Of a stretch of DNA of 64,000 bases, positions 53,255-63,145 are shown piece after piece. The position numbers and the translations under genes are program-made. This stretch comes from Deltaproteobacteria bacterium (lineage in GTDB: Bacteria; Desulfobacterota; Desulfobacteria; Desulfobacterales; C00003060). The stretch's first letter is position 1; every line of letters starts with the position of its first letter. The DNA lies in NCBI GenBank assembly GCA_019307135.1, contig JAFDKF010000018.1:11321-75320 (forward strand), given 5' to 3'. Below the pieces are notes generated by a model. The model was given only the letters and a program-made list of their open reading frames with translations. It was not told the origin of the DNA and made no database searches.

Positions 53255-54031
53255 ATGCTCATTGATTGGTTTACAGTGGCCGCCCAGGTCATCAATTTCC
53301 TGGTGCTTGTCTACTTGCTCAAGCGTTTTCTTTATGGTCCAATTATCAAGGCCATGGACAAGCGAGAGAAAAGGATCGCTTTCCGCCTGGAAGAGGGCCA
53401 GAAGAAGAAGGAGGAAGCTGAGCGGGAGGTGGAACGCTATCTGAAAAAAAACAGGGACCTTGATAACCGGCGTGAAGCCTTGCTATCCGAGATCAAGGGA
53501 GAAGCGGACGCTCGCCGAAAAGAACTTGTGAGCGAGGCACGCAACGAGGTTGAGGTGATCAGGACTAACTGGTATGAGGCGATCCAGCGGGAGAAAGATG
53601 CCTTCCTTCAGGACCTTCGCCAGCGTGCTGGCAAGCAGACTTGCGCCATTGCCCGCCGGATCCTCAGGGACCTGGCAAATGTGGATCTTGAACATCACAT
53701 CATCCGTGTGTTCATCGAACGTCTCCGGAATCTGGGCAAGGAGGAACTGGGCGCTCTCAACGAATCCATTCTGAAATCAGGACGAAGAATCAACCTGCGG
53801 AGCGCTTTTGAAATCCCGCAGGAAATGGCCCGGCAAATTGCGGAAGTCTTGCAGAACCACGGGGCCGATCCTGTTGATTTGCAGCTTGAGATTTCATCGG
53901 ACGTTATATGTGGCATTGAATTGAACGTCCATGGGCGCAAGATTGCGTGGAGCCTGGAGGACTATCTGGAGACCCTGGAAGAAGCGTTGGCCGAAGCGCT
54001 TGAGGGAAAGAGAATTGAATCAACGGATTGA
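53255..54031 (+). CDS. atpF: N-type F-ATPase b subunit
   Basis: Track ORF of 258 aa with ggagga upstream, one N-terminal TM helix, and then a long charged coiled coil. Confidence 0.8.
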   Translation: MLIDWFTVAAQVINFLVLVYLLKRFLYGPIIKAMDKREKRIAFRLEEGQKKKEEAEREVERYLKKNRDLDNRREALLSEIKGEADARRKELVSEARNEVEVIRTNWYEAIQREKDAFLQDLRQRAGKQTCAIARRILRDLANVDLEHHIIRVFIERLRNLGKEELGALNESILKSGRRINLRSAFEIPQEMARQIAEVLQNHGADPVDLQLEISSDVICGIELNVHGRKIAWSLEDYLETLEEALAEALEGKRIESTD

Positions 54032-54042
54032 GGGATTGGGGG

Positions 54043-54436
54043 TCCGCAGATTACGCAGATTACATGGATTACATGGAATTGTTGGCATCCTTCATTCCTC
54101 GGTTTACACTTTTCAAGAATGCGGGCGCCAAGAGATAAATTCTTTTGTTCGTACTTTTTGGTGTCAGGTGTCAGGTGTCAGGAGCAAGAAACGCAAGATC
54201 TGTACTGTTCTCAAGGCGTAAGCCGCAAACCCGAACACTGAAACCAGGCACCAGGTGTCAGGTGTCAGGTGTCAGGTGTCAGAAACTGAAAAAGCAAGAC
54301 CTGTACTGTTCTCAAGGCGTAAGCCGCAAACCTGAACACTGAAACCTGAACACTGGTCAATAGGTGTAAACTACAAAATGAAGGATGCCGAATTGTTCTT
54401 TAATAATCTGCGAGAATCGGTGAAATCTGTGGATGG
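54043..54436. mobile_element. Composite ~390-bp insertion with ~60-bp imperfect terminal inverted repeats in the atpF-atpA spacer
   Basis: The arms are cgcagattac...ggcatccttcattcctcggtttacac and ggtgtaaactacaaaatgaaggatgcc...aataatctgcg. The interior holds two ~100-bp tandem units with caggtgt heptads and gaacactgaaacct. The flanking ~18-mers are ggattgagggattggggg and ggattgagaaattgggga. Confidence 0.7.
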
Positions 54437-54461
54437 GATTGAGAAATTGGGGAATTAGGGA

Positions 54462-55991
54462 ATGGAAGAAAATGCAGTACTGAAAACCTTTCTGGATGAT
54501 ACGTTCACGGCTTTTGATGGCGTGTTGGAGGGCTACAGGGCTGAGCTGAAGGGCCGGGAGGTCGGCACGATAAACTATATTGGCCAAGGGATCGCACGGT
54601 TAGAAGGATTGCCTGGCGTTAAATCGGAGGAGCTTGTCCGCTTTCACGGAGACGTATTTGGAATGGTTTTCAACGTGGATCCTTCTGAGGTAGGAGTCAT
54701 TCTGCTGGGCGAGAGCCAAATGCTGAAGGCTGGCACCGAGGCACGACGAACGGGACGGGTCCTGGACGTGCCGGTGGGTGACGCACTGATTGGCCGGGTT
54801 TTGGACCCCATGGGGCGTCCCCTGGACGACCTTGGCCCGGTGCGCACTTCAGAGCGACGTCCTGTCGAACGGGAAGCTCCTGAAATCATGGATCGCGATC
54901 CTGTCACCGTTCCCCTTCAGACAGGGCTCAAGGTGGTGGACGCCTTGATTCCCATTGGCAGGGGCCAGCGAGAGCTCATCCTTGGCGACCGGCAAACTGG
55001 CAAGACCGCTATCGCGCTGGATACAATGATCAACCAGCGAGATAAAGATGTACTTTGTGTCTATTGTGCTATCGGGCAGCGAAGCTCGTCTGTGGCAAAG
55101 TTCATCGAGGACCTCCGGAGGTACGGTGCCATGGGCTACTGTATCGTCATGGTAGCTGGGGGAGAAAATCCCCCTGGCTTGCAGTTCATTGCGCCATACG
55201 CAGCGACCACCATGGCAGAGTATTTTATGGAACAGGGACGGGACGTATTGATCGTGTATGACGATCTGACGCGCCATGCCCAGGCATATCGGGAGCTTTC
55301 ACTCCTGCTGCGTCGCCCTCCCGGCAGGGAAGCTTTTCCGGGCGACATATTCTATATCCATTCCCGACTCCTTGAGCGGGCCACCCATCTCCGAGAAGAA
55401 CTGGGGGGTGGCTCTTTGAGCGCCATGCCGATCGTGGAGACAGAGGCTCAAAACATATCGGCATATATTCCAACAAATATCATCTCCATCACTGATGGTC
55501 AGATCTATCTTGCCCCGGATCTATTTCAAAAAGGGGTGCTCCCGGCCGTGGACGTTGGCAAATCCGTGTCCAGGGTTGGGGGAAAAACACAGCTTGCCGC
55601 ATATCGCACCGTTGCCGGCGATTTGCGCCTTTCCTACTCGCAGTTTGAGGAACTGGAGACATTCTCCCGTTTTGGGACGCGTCTCGATGAGGAAACGCGC
55701 AAAACGCTGGATCATGGCCGCCGCGTCCGAGAGATTCTTAAACAGCCACAATATCAACCCATGTCGGTTTCCGATCAGATTGCTGTTCTTCTAACTGTGA
55801 CAGAGGGCGTCTTTGATCAGCTTCCACCGGATCAGATCGTGGGGGCCGAGCAGGTGGTACGCAAGGCTGTTACCAAAGAGCTGCCCGATCTTTGCACACG
55901 AATCCAATCCGGGGAGAAACTCAACGAGATGGATCGGGATGCCATTGTGGGCACCGCTGGGAAAGCGATCACCAACCATGCAAACGATTGA
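54462..55991 (+). CDS. atpA: N-type F-ATPase alpha subunit
   Basis: Track ORF of 509 aa with Walker A GDRQTGKT. Confidence 0.9.
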   Translation: MEENAVLKTFLDDTFTAFDGVLEGYRAELKGREVGTINYIGQGIARLEGLPGVKSEELVRFHGDVFGMVFNVDPSEVGVILLGESQMLKAGTEARRTGRVLDVPVGDALIGRVLDPMGRPLDDLGPVRTSERRPVEREAPEIMDRDPVTVPLQTGLKVVDALIPIGRGQRELILGDRQTGKTAIALDTMINQRDKDVLCVYCAIGQRSSSVAKFIEDLRRYGAMGYCIVMVAGGENPPGLQFIAPYAATTMAEYFMEQGRDVLIVYDDLTRHAQAYRELSLLLRRPPGREAFPGDIFYIHSRLLERATHLREELGGGSLSAMPIVETEAQNISAYIPTNIISITDGQIYLAPDLFQKGVLPAVDVGKSVSRVGGKTQLAAYRTVAGDLRLSYSQFEELETFSRFGTRLDEETRKTLDHGRRVREILKQPQYQPMSVSDQIAVLLTVTEGVFDQLPPDQIVGAEQVVRKAVTKELPDLCTRIQSGEKLNEMDRDAIVGTAGKAITNHAND

Positions 55992-56865
55992 GTCACTGAA
56001 ACGCAAGATTAAGAGTGCGGAAGACTTGCACTCTGTGGTGAAGACAATGAAGGCCCTTGCTGCTGTGAGTATCCGGCAGTACGAGAAGGCCGTAGAATCC
56101 CTTGCCGAATACAACCGAACGGTTGAGATGGGTTTTCAGATCATTCTTAAACAGAAACCCCGGGGGGTCTCAATGGCCCAACCTGTGCTGAACGGACGCC
56201 TTGGCGCCGTGGTCTTTGGTTCGGACCAGGGCATGGTGGGACAGTTTAATGAAGTGATAGCCCGCTATGCGGCCAATAAAATGGATAAACTCCGGATCAG
56301 GGAAGAAAACCGTGCGGTGCTGGCCGTGGGTCTGCGAGTTTTTGCACGCCTTGAAGAGGCCGGACACCCGGTTGAAGGCCACGTTTCTCTGCCGGACTCC
56401 CTGGCTGCCATTACGCCCATCGTGCAGGACATGGTGCTGAAAATAGAGGCGTGGCGCTCCGAGCGTGAAATCGATCAGTTTGTCCTTTTTTATAACAGAC
56501 CGATCTCGGGTGCCTCCTATCGCCCCAACACCCTCTATCTTCTGCCGGTGGACCTGGGGTGGTTTCAAGACCTGGAACACAAACCATGGCCCTGCCGCTG
56601 CCTCCCTTTCTTTACCATGGATTGGAACAAGCTTTTTTCCTCATTGATTCGAGAATATCTCTTTGTATCCCTCTACCGCGCCTTTGCCGAGTCACTGGCC
56701 AGCGAAAATGCCAGCCGGCTCGCATCGATGCAGGCCGCTGAGAGAAATATCGAAGATCGTTTGGAAGAACTCAAAACTCAATTCCACCAACAGCGGCAGA
56801 GCTCCATTGACGAAGAACTCTTTGACCTGGTGGCTGGCTTCGAGGCGGTCACACAGGCAGGATAG
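55978..56865 (+). CDS. atpG: N-type F-ATPase gamma subunit
   Basis: The in-frame ATG at 55978 ([29 protein letters not shown]) overlaps the atpA end by 14 nt. The track ORF start at 55813 lies inside atpA. Confidence 0.85.
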   Translation: MQTIESLKRKIKSAEDLHSVVKTMKALAAVSIRQYEKAVESLAEYNRTVEMGFQIILKQKPRGVSMAQPVLNGRLGAVVFGSDQGMVGQFNEVIARYAANKMDKLRIREENRAVLAVGLRVFARLEEAGHPVEGHVSLPDSLAAITPIVQDMVLKIEAWRSEREIDQFVLFYNRPISGASYRPNTLYLLPVDLGWFQDLEHKPWPCRCLPFFTMDWNKLFSSLIREYLFVSLYRAFAESLASENASRLASMQAAERNIEDRLEELKTQFHQQRQSSIDEELFDLVAGFEAVTQAG

Positions 56866-56946
56866 TATTTCTTTTTGTTCCGAAATACTGTAGAGAGGCT
56901 GTATTAGCGAGGACTTTGGCGTTCTTGAGCACTGAGAGAGGATGGC

Positions 56947-58017
56947 ATGATGGTTACTTTATACATTACCTCCATTGAGAGGTACACCGGCAAGGATTTA
57001 ATTACCATTGGGTTAATGGACCGGCTGAGACGAGATGGCTTTGAAGTCGGCTATTTCAAGCCTATGGGGCATTTTCCCGTAAAGGTGGAAAACATTGTCA
57101 CCGATAAAGACGCTTGGCTCATTCACAGGCTCTTTGAGATGAAGGATGCCATTGAACTCATATGCCCTGTCATCATCACCCAGGACCTGATCATGCAAAA
57201 CTATGAGAAAGATATCACAGGGTTAGGGAAAAAAATAGAAGGGGCCTTTAAGAAAATATCGGAGCAAAAGGATATTGTGGTAGTAAGCTGTGACACCAAT
57301 CTCAGCGATGGGAGCTGCCTGGGGCTGTCAGGCTCACAACTCATCAAACTATTGAACGCCTATACCCTGTTCGTGGAGCGGTATGAAACTCATTCTTCTA
57401 TCGACTTTGTCTTGGAAATCAAGAAGGTCCTGGGCGAGCCTATGATAGGCGTCGTATTCAATAAGATTGAAGCCGTGGATCTGGAGGAGCTCAAGGAATT
57501 TGTTACACCTTTCCTGCATCGGAGGGATGTGGAGGTATTCGGCTGCTTGCCCAGGGATACGTTGGTAGGGTCTATTGAGGTAAGGGAACTTGTGGACCAT
57601 CTGGGTGCTGATGTGGTGTGTGGCAAGGATAGGCTCGATCCCTTGGTGGAAAACTTCCTGGTGGGTGCCATGCAGGTAGACAAGTTCATAACGTACTTGC
57701 TGAAGAGCCCTTCCTCGGCGGTTATTGTGGGTGGTGATCGCACAGAGATCCAGCTTGTTGCCATAGAAAATGAAGTGAGATGCCTTATCCTATCCGGAAA
57801 CCTCTACCCCAATGAAATCATCATGGCAAGGGCTGAGGCAAAGGGTGTGCCTATTCTGGTAGTCAGAAATGATACCTACACAATAGCAAAAAATGTGGAG
57901 GCCATGGTTGGAAAGTTTAGCCTGGGGAAAAGAGAAAAGATAGCCCACGGGATCAAGCTGGTAGATGAGACCTTCGATTTTAGGAAGCTTTACAAGCGCC
58001 TCAACCTTGAGCCCTAA
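56947..58017 (+). CDS. Phosphotransacetylase-N-terminal-like protein (BioD/CobQ-like P-loop-fold domain plus DRTGG domain)
   Basis: Track ORF of 356 aa. The N-terminus is LYITSIERYTGKDLITIGL...GYFKPMG. A DRTGG-like block (VIVGGDRTEIQLVA) is present. Confidence 0.6.
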   Translation: MMVTLYITSIERYTGKDLITIGLMDRLRRDGFEVGYFKPMGHFPVKVENIVTDKDAWLIHRLFEMKDAIELICPVIITQDLIMQNYEKDITGLGKKIEGAFKKISEQKDIVVVSCDTNLSDGSCLGLSGSQLIKLLNAYTLFVERYETHSSIDFVLEIKKVLGEPMIGVVFNKIEAVDLEELKEFVTPFLHRRDVEVFGCLPRDTLVGSIEVRELVDHLGADVVCGKDRLDPLVENFLVGAMQVDKFITYLLKSPSSAVIVGGDRTEIQLVAIENEVRCLILSGNLYPNEIIMARAEAKGVPILVVRNDTYTIAKNVEAMVGKFSLGKREKIAHGIKLVDETFDFRKLYKRLNLEP

Positions 58018-58025
58018 GTTTAGCT

Positions 58026-58181
58026 GTAAGCGTTCAGAGGTTTAGAGTTCACCGTTCAGGGTTACCTTTCTTTCGTTGACCTTGCTCGTAGGCTAGCAAA
58101 TACTTGATGAAACCTCGAATCAACGGTTTAGATTTTTGGTAAACCCTGAACCCTTGAACCTCTGAACCCGTGAACGGTTAC
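58026..58181. mobile_element. Family A MITE, copy A11, with a perfect 8-bp target duplication
   Basis: It is flanked by gtttagct (58018..58025 and 58182..58189). The arms are gtaagcgttcagaggtttagagttcaccgttcagg and cctgaacccttgaacctctgaacccgtgaacggttac. Confidence 0.85.
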
Positions 58182-58206
58182 GTTTAGCTTTTGCCCAAGG
58201 GGTGGA

Positions 58207-58231
58207 GTTGTAGAAATTCCGAGACGTCTAG
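58207..58231 (+). promoter_or_regulatory. Conserved 25-nt leader motif (copy 2 of 3)
   Basis: gttgtagaaattccgagacgtctag ends 16 nt before ATG 58248. Confidence 0.45.
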
Positions 58232-58247
58232 TTAAGGGAGGGCATCC

Positions 58248-58946
58248 ATGTTAGTAAAAGGCTGGATGACTGATGATGTCATAACTGCGGGTGAAGACAC
58301 CACCATGATGAAGGCTTTTATCATCATGAAGGAGAAAAAGATCCGCTCCTTGCCAGTTGTGAACAAAAAGGGTAGACTGTTAGGGATCGTTACCGACAGG
58401 GACTTGAGAGACGCTTCACCATCCAAGGCAACGACCCTGGACGTGTATGAACTGAATTACCTGATCTCTACCATTAAGATCAAGGATCTTATGACCAAAA
58501 ATCTGGTGTTTGTCAGGCCCGATGAGACAGTGGAATTCGCTGCAATCTTGATGCTCGAAAACAAGATCTCATCACTTCCTGTCATCAATGACAAGGATTC
58601 CTTGATCGGCATTATCACGCAAACCGACATTTTCAAGGTGCTGATCAATATTACAGGGGTTTACACCGGGGGCATTCAGTTTGCGTTCAGTCTGGAGGAT
58701 CGCCCGGGTTCGATCAGAGAAGTAACCGATGTGATCCGGTCCTATGGTGGGCGAGTGGCGAGCCTCTTATCTACACGCGAAACCGCTGAAGAGGGTTGCC
58801 ATAATGTTTACATACGCACCAGCCCCTTGCCAGAAGACAAGCTGAGAGGTTTGGTCAAAGAACTGGAAGAGAAGTTTGTGGTCCTTTACACGTCCAAGGA
58901 CTTACTCGGCGAGGTTGAGAGTCGTCGCATTCGAATTCCGGGATAG
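58248..58946 (+). CDS. CBS-pair plus ACT domain protein (AcuB-like)
   Basis: Track ORF of 232 aa with two CBS motifs (LLGIVTDRDL and LIGIITQTDIF) and a C-terminal ACT-like region. Confidence 0.75.
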   Translation: MLVKGWMTDDVITAGEDTTMMKAFIIMKEKKIRSLPVVNKKGRLLGIVTDRDLRDASPSKATTLDVYELNYLISTIKIKDLMTKNLVFVRPDETVEFAAILMLENKISSLPVINDKDSLIGIITQTDIFKVLINITGVYTGGIQFAFSLEDRPGSIREVTDVIRSYGGRVASLLSTRETAEEGCHNVYIRTSPLPEDKLRGLVKELEEKFVVLYTSKDLLGEVESRRIRIPG

Positions 58947-58982
58947 CCCATTCGCTCCGCTTCCTTAAAATCCCCCCTTTAA

Positions 58983-59096
58983 CCTAAAGTGATCGGTTCA
59001 AGGTTCAGGGTTCAAGGTTCAAGGTTCAGGGTTCAGGGTTCAGGGTTCAGGGTTCAAGGTTCAAAGGTTCAAAGGTTATAGTCTACTTTACAAGGG
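58983..59096. mobile_element. Family C element, copy C4 (left part with an expanded GGTTCAG/GGTTCAA heptad run)
   Basis: cctaaagtgatcggttc is followed by about 11 heptads and then aaaggttatagtctac, as in the left part of C1. Confidence 0.65.
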
Positions 59097-59149
59097 GTGT
59101 GAATCACAGCTGTTGGCAATGAGAAAATCCATGTCCGTCTGGAAACGTT

Positions 59150-59208
59150 GTAGGGGCGGCTTTACGCCGCCCACCAAATCGATTCGGGCGGGGTAAACCC
59201 GCCCCTAC
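59150..59208. repeat. GTAGGGGCGG double-hairpin unit (the core of family B elements) without the B termini
   Basis: gtaggggcggctttacgccgcccaccaaatcgattcgggcggggtaaacccgcccctac matches the B1/B2 interior. Confidence 0.65.
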
Positions 59209-59324
59209 GGGAACTGGAATATTGGGTTATTTTTTTCTGCTTCTCACTCCCATTATTCCAATATTCCAACATTCCATTTTCATGCCACAGAAAACTGTTG
59301 CTGAAAGATAAATAATTACAGCGA

Positions 59325-59349
59325 GTTGTAGAAACTCCGAGAGGTTGAA
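59325..59349 (+). promoter_or_regulatory. Conserved 25-nt leader motif (copy 3 of 3)
   Basis: gttgtagaaactccgagaggttgaa ends 17 nt before ATG 59367. Confidence 0.45.
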
Positions 59350-59366
59350 TTAGGGTATGAGTCGTC

Positions 59367-60629
59367 ATGGTAGTCGATAAAAAGTATATATCGACCAAAT
59401 TTAGCCACACCAAGCTTAAAAGGAGGCATAAGGAGCTTGCCGTCCTGTATGACATTAGCAGCGACCTGACGAGCTCTCTTGGCCTTACAGAGGTTTTGGA
59501 TAGAGCGATCCTGAAAGTTCTGGAACACTTTAAGGTAGATACTGTCAGGATTTATTTAATGGATCAAACCGAGCAGTGCCTTGAACTCGTTGCCTATAAA
59601 GGGATTGCAAAGAACCAGGTGAAGGAGTTACGCAAAATCCGTATAAGTGAGGGCTTTTCAGGCAAAGCGGCTCGAACCAAAAGCTTTATCGCTCAGAAGG
59701 TTGCGGACCTGGAAAACAAGGAAAGAGCAGCCCTTCTGCAAAGGAAGGGATTCAAAGTTGTCATATGTGTGCCTCTCATCTTAAGGGACAAAGTGGTAGG
59801 CGTCATGAATCTGGGTTCAAAACGGATGATTTCACTAACTGAAGCAAAGATTGATCTGTTAGTCGCCATAGGAAGCCAGATCGCCATTGCAATCAACGTA
59901 GCCAGACTTTATGAGGATATCCGGAAAAAAGCAGAAGAGATCAGGAAGACAAAAGAGGAGTTGGAATTGTTTGCCTATACGATCTCACACGATCTCAAGA
60001 ATCCGGCTATCGGCGTCTCGGGGTTTGCCAGATTACTCGCTGAAAAATATGAACATAGCCTGAACGAAAAAGGGAAAAGATACTGCAATCAAATCAGGAA
60101 GGCAGCCGAACAGATCGAGATATTCACTCAAGACATCAATGAGTACATCAAGTCCAGGAGAGTCTCTTTCAACATCAAAAAGACCAATATCAAAAAGATC
60201 ATAGGGCACATCAGGAATGAAGTGTTACATGTTTTGAAGGAGCGGAATATAAAATGGTCGGAACCCGACACCATTCCCCAGGTCATGGCAGACCAGTTGG
60301 CCATAACCCGAGTTTTTAGAAACTTGATCGATAACGCGCTGAAACACGCCGGAGAAAATCTTACCAAGATTGCCATAGGCTATGACGAGGACAAGGACTT
60401 CCATATATTTTCGTTTAGCAATGACGGTGTGGCTATGAAAAAGAAGAATTCCGAGGTGATCTTTCAAATGTTCCAAAAACTTCCAGCATCGGAGCAAACA
60501 GATGGCTCGGGCCTGGGTTTAACCATTGTGAAAGAAATCGTGGAAGCCCACAAGGGCAAAGTCTGGTGTGAATCCGGGCCCAAAAAGGGTACAACCTTTT
60601 ACGTAGCTATTTCAAAGGACCTCGGATAA
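59367..60629 (+). CDS. GAF-domain sensor histidine kinase
   Basis: Track ORF of 420 aa with a GAF-like N-half and the motifs HDLKNPAIGVSGF, LIDNALKHA and GSGLGLT. Confidence 0.85.
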   Translation: MVVDKKYISTKFSHTKLKRRHKELAVLYDISSDLTSSLGLTEVLDRAILKVLEHFKVDTVRIYLMDQTEQCLELVAYKGIAKNQVKELRKIRISEGFSGKAARTKSFIAQKVADLENKERAALLQRKGFKVVICVPLILRDKVVGVMNLGSKRMISLTEAKIDLLVAIGSQIAIAINVARLYEDIRKKAEEIRKTKEELELFAYTISHDLKNPAIGVSGFARLLAEKYEHSLNEKGKRYCNQIRKAAEQIEIFTQDINEYIKSRRVSFNIKKTNIKKIIGHIRNEVLHVLKERNIKWSEPDTIPQVMADQLAITRVFRNLIDNALKHAGENLTKIAIGYDEDKDFHIFSFSNDGVAMKKKNSEVIFQMFQKLPASEQTDGSGLGLTIVKEIVEAHKGKVWCESGPKKGTTFYVAISKDLG

Positions 60630-60650
60630 TCTTCTGGGGGGAAGTTTGGG

Positions 60651-60759
60651 GTAAGTTCTCAAAAAGTTCGGGTAAGACCATTTCTCGTAGGGGCGGGTTT
60701 ATCCCGCCCGTAAGAGCTTTGCGCCGCAATGAACACAGGCGGGATAAACCCGCCCCTAC
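60651..60759. repeat. H-type terminus followed by a GTAGGGGCGGG hairpin unit
   Basis: gtaagttctcaaaaagttcggg is followed by gtaggggcgggtttatcccgccc...ggcgggataaacccgcccctac. Confidence 0.55.
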
Positions 60760-60869
60760 TTTAAGAATATGCGGGTTTGGGCACTGGCATCGCATTGAGA
60801 TCCATAGCGCTTACATTGAAGCCGTCCCGAATCTATTGAGTTACAGTTTGGGCAGATAAGGGACCGATC

Positions 60870-61955
60870 TCAACCATTTTTTTGGGCAAATTCGTCCATG
60901 AAATCTACCAGTGCTTTTACTGCCTCCAGGGTTGTGGCATTGTAGATCGAGGCCCGACACCCTCCGACCGAACGGTGACCCTTGAGCCCGCCCAGGCCAT
61001 GCTCAAGGGCCTGCTGCACGAATTCTTTTTCCAGATCCTTGCCAGGAAGGCGAAAGGTCACATTCATCACAGACCGGCTCTCCTTTTCCGCGGTTCCTCG
61101 GTAGAACTCGGACTCATCAATTGTGCGATAAAGGAGACCAGCCTTCTCTCGGTTGACTCCTTCCATTTTCTCAAGCCCCCCAATGGTCTCCTCCAGCCAT
61201 TTTAGCACCAGTTGAATGGTGTAAACCGCAAAACAGGGTGGTGTGTTGAACATCGAGTTGTGATCGACAAACGTGGTATACTTGAGCATGGTAGGAAGCT
61301 CCTTGGGCACACGCTCCAGCATGTCCTCGCGAATGATCACCAGGGTGGCTCCTGCCGGCCCGAGGTTCTTTTGAGCCCCGGCATAGATCAAGCCAAAAGG
61401 AGAAACGTCAATAGACCGGCTCATTATGTCTGAAGACATGTCACATATAAGAGGGACCCCGTCTGTATCAGGAAAAGATACCCACTGAGTACCCTTGATC
61501 GTATTGTTCGAAGTGATGTGAGCATAGGCAGCGTCAGAGCTGAAGGAAATCCCCTTGGGAATATAGGAAAAGTTCTTATCTTCAGATGAGGCGACCACCT
61601 TGACCGCCTTTCCCTGGATCCTGGCCTCCTTGATCGCCTTGGTGGCCCAGGTGCCCGTGTTTACATAATCGGCCGAGTGGCCCTCGGGCAGCAAGTTCAT
61701 GGGAATCATGCAAAACTGCAAGCTTGCACCACCTTGAAGGAAGAGCACGTGGAAGCTCTCATCGAACTTAAGGAGCCGCCTGATACGCACTGCGGCATCC
61801 TCAATAACCTCTTCAAACCATTTTGATCGATGGCTTACCTCAGTGATAGACATGCCTGACCCTTTGAAATCTAGAAGTTCTGCCTGAATCTCCTCCAGAA
61901 CCGGCAACGGCAGAACTGCCGGCCCTGCATTGAAGTTATGGATTCTCCCTTTCAT
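60870..61955 (-). CDS. serC: Phosphoserine aminotransferase
   Basis: ATG 61955 lies 6 nt after aggagg and starts MKGRIHNFNAGPAVLP. The protein is a class-V aminotransferase throughout. The 71-aa N-terminal extension in the track is unsupported. Confidence 0.9.
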   Translation of the reverse strand: MKGRIHNFNAGPAVLPLPVLEEIQAELLDFKGSGMSITEVSHRSKWFEEVIEDAAVRIRRLLKFDESFHVLFLQGGASLQFCMIPMNLLPEGHSADYVNTGTWATKAIKEARIQGKAVKVVASSEDKNFSYIPKGISFSSDAAYAHITSNNTIKGTQWVSFPDTDGVPLICDMSSDIMSRSIDVSPFGLIYAGAQKNLGPAGATLVIIREDMLERVPKELPTMLKYTTFVDHNSMFNTPPCFAVYTIQLVLKWLEETIGGLEKMEGVNREKAGLLYRTIDESEFYRGTAEKESRSVMNVTFRLPGKDLEKEFVQQALEHGLGGLKGHRSVGGCRASIYNATTLEAVKALVDFMDEFAQKNG

Positions 61956-62232
61956 TTGAACCTCCTGACGTATCTTCTTCAAATTGCATGTTAGCCCAGA
62001 TAAATGCTCCTTGTTTATGGAATGATGGAGTGACCAGTTACCCATCAAGTGTGAAGAGCCTACCTCCTGACTTTTTTTCGGCGACGCTATAGGCAAAGGC
62101 CCGTGGGTGTCAAGGGGAATTCCATCGAAATTCTTATTGACGTATATGATACTCAGAACCGGATTCATATCTTTTTTCCGTTTCTTGTTATGCTCGGGAC
62201 TATGGAGGTGGGAATATGGCCGGATTAACCAT

Positions 62233-62631
62233 TTACTCGGGAGTCAACACCTTCAAGGAAAGATGTGATACCATTGGTTCAAAGTCACTGTCATTATGTA
62301 ACAACGTGATGCCTTCAGAAATGCAAAAAGTACCAATAATGACATCGATAGTCTTTCTGACAGTTATTCCTTTTTTCCGCAGCAACCTGTAATTTTGGGC
62401 ACTCCGCAAAGCAATTTCATATCCTCCAATTTCTCGAAACGGGATGATACTCAGGCAGGTTTTTGCAGCTTCAAAGTCATCATCGGAACGAAACCCCTGT
62501 AGAACCTCAGTTAAGATCAAGTCGCCAATCAGAATAGGAACGTTTGAAAGCAGATCATCAAGCATATCGGTTTGCCAGGTACTTAGTCCGTTGAAATAAT
62601 CGATCCAAACGGAGGAGTCGACTAATATCAT
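62233..62631 (-). CDS. vapC: PIN-domain toxin VapC
   Basis: Track ORF of 132 aa starting MILVDSSVWIDYF, with acidic PIN residues. It overlaps the antitoxin gene by 4 nt. Confidence 0.85.
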   Translation of the reverse strand: MILVDSSVWIDYFNGLSTWQTDMLDDLLSNVPILIGDLILTEVLQGFRSDDDFEAAKTCLSIIPFREIGGYEIALRSAQNYRLLRKKGITVRKTIDVIIGTFCISEGITLLHNDSDFEPMVSHLSLKVLTPE

Positions 62632-62822
62632 TGATCGAGCCTCATGTTTTCGAGATCACCATCCCATTTTAGCTTGCCGCGTAAGTTTTTTATGCGCTCT
62701 TGTTTTTTGATTTGGATTAAAAGGCGTAACCCGCTTTCGACCACGGCTTTTTTTGTTTTCAATGCGCTGACTTTCATGGCTTCAGCCATTAATGTGTCAT
62801 CAATGACAATATTGGTTCGCAT
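62628..62822 (-). CDS. vapB: VapB-type antitoxin
   Basis: Track ORF of 64 aa starting MRTNIVIDDTLMAEAMK, typical of the antitoxins paired with PIN toxins. A candidate promoter/operator is described in the vapBC finding. Confidence 0.8.
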   Translation of the reverse strand: MRTNIVIDDTLMAEAMKVSALKTKKAVVESGLRLLIQIKKQERIKNLRGKLKWDGDLENMRLDQ

Positions 62823-63145
62823 AGCACCTCCTATGTGTATCTTATTAAAAGAACATACACATTATCAACTTAAAATGCAATGCAAAATTCATCAGAAAAT
62901 CGCTCAAGTCGTCTTCCCCTTACTTTTTAAAGGAGTACTCCTCTATAAACTCCTGGGGACGGAAAAGCATAAAAATGACCAAGTTTTTTCCTCTGGGTTT
63001 CTTTCCAATGAAACTATTCATCTGACACAATAAGCCTGATTCGTGTTGGGCTTCAACATTTCTTCTTGACATAGGGAAGAGGAATGAATTAAATTGAATT
63101 CAAGTGAGCGCTCAGTCGATACTCATTCACAGGACACCCCCAACA

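Noticed and set aside
60870-62168. The full 432-aa track ORF for serC
   Set aside because: The first 71 residues have no aminotransferase similarity. aggagg plus ATG at 61955 gives the canonical MKGRIHNFNAGPA start, and a candidate sigma-70 promoter (TTGACA-16-TATAGC, ~62086..62113) lies inside the extension.
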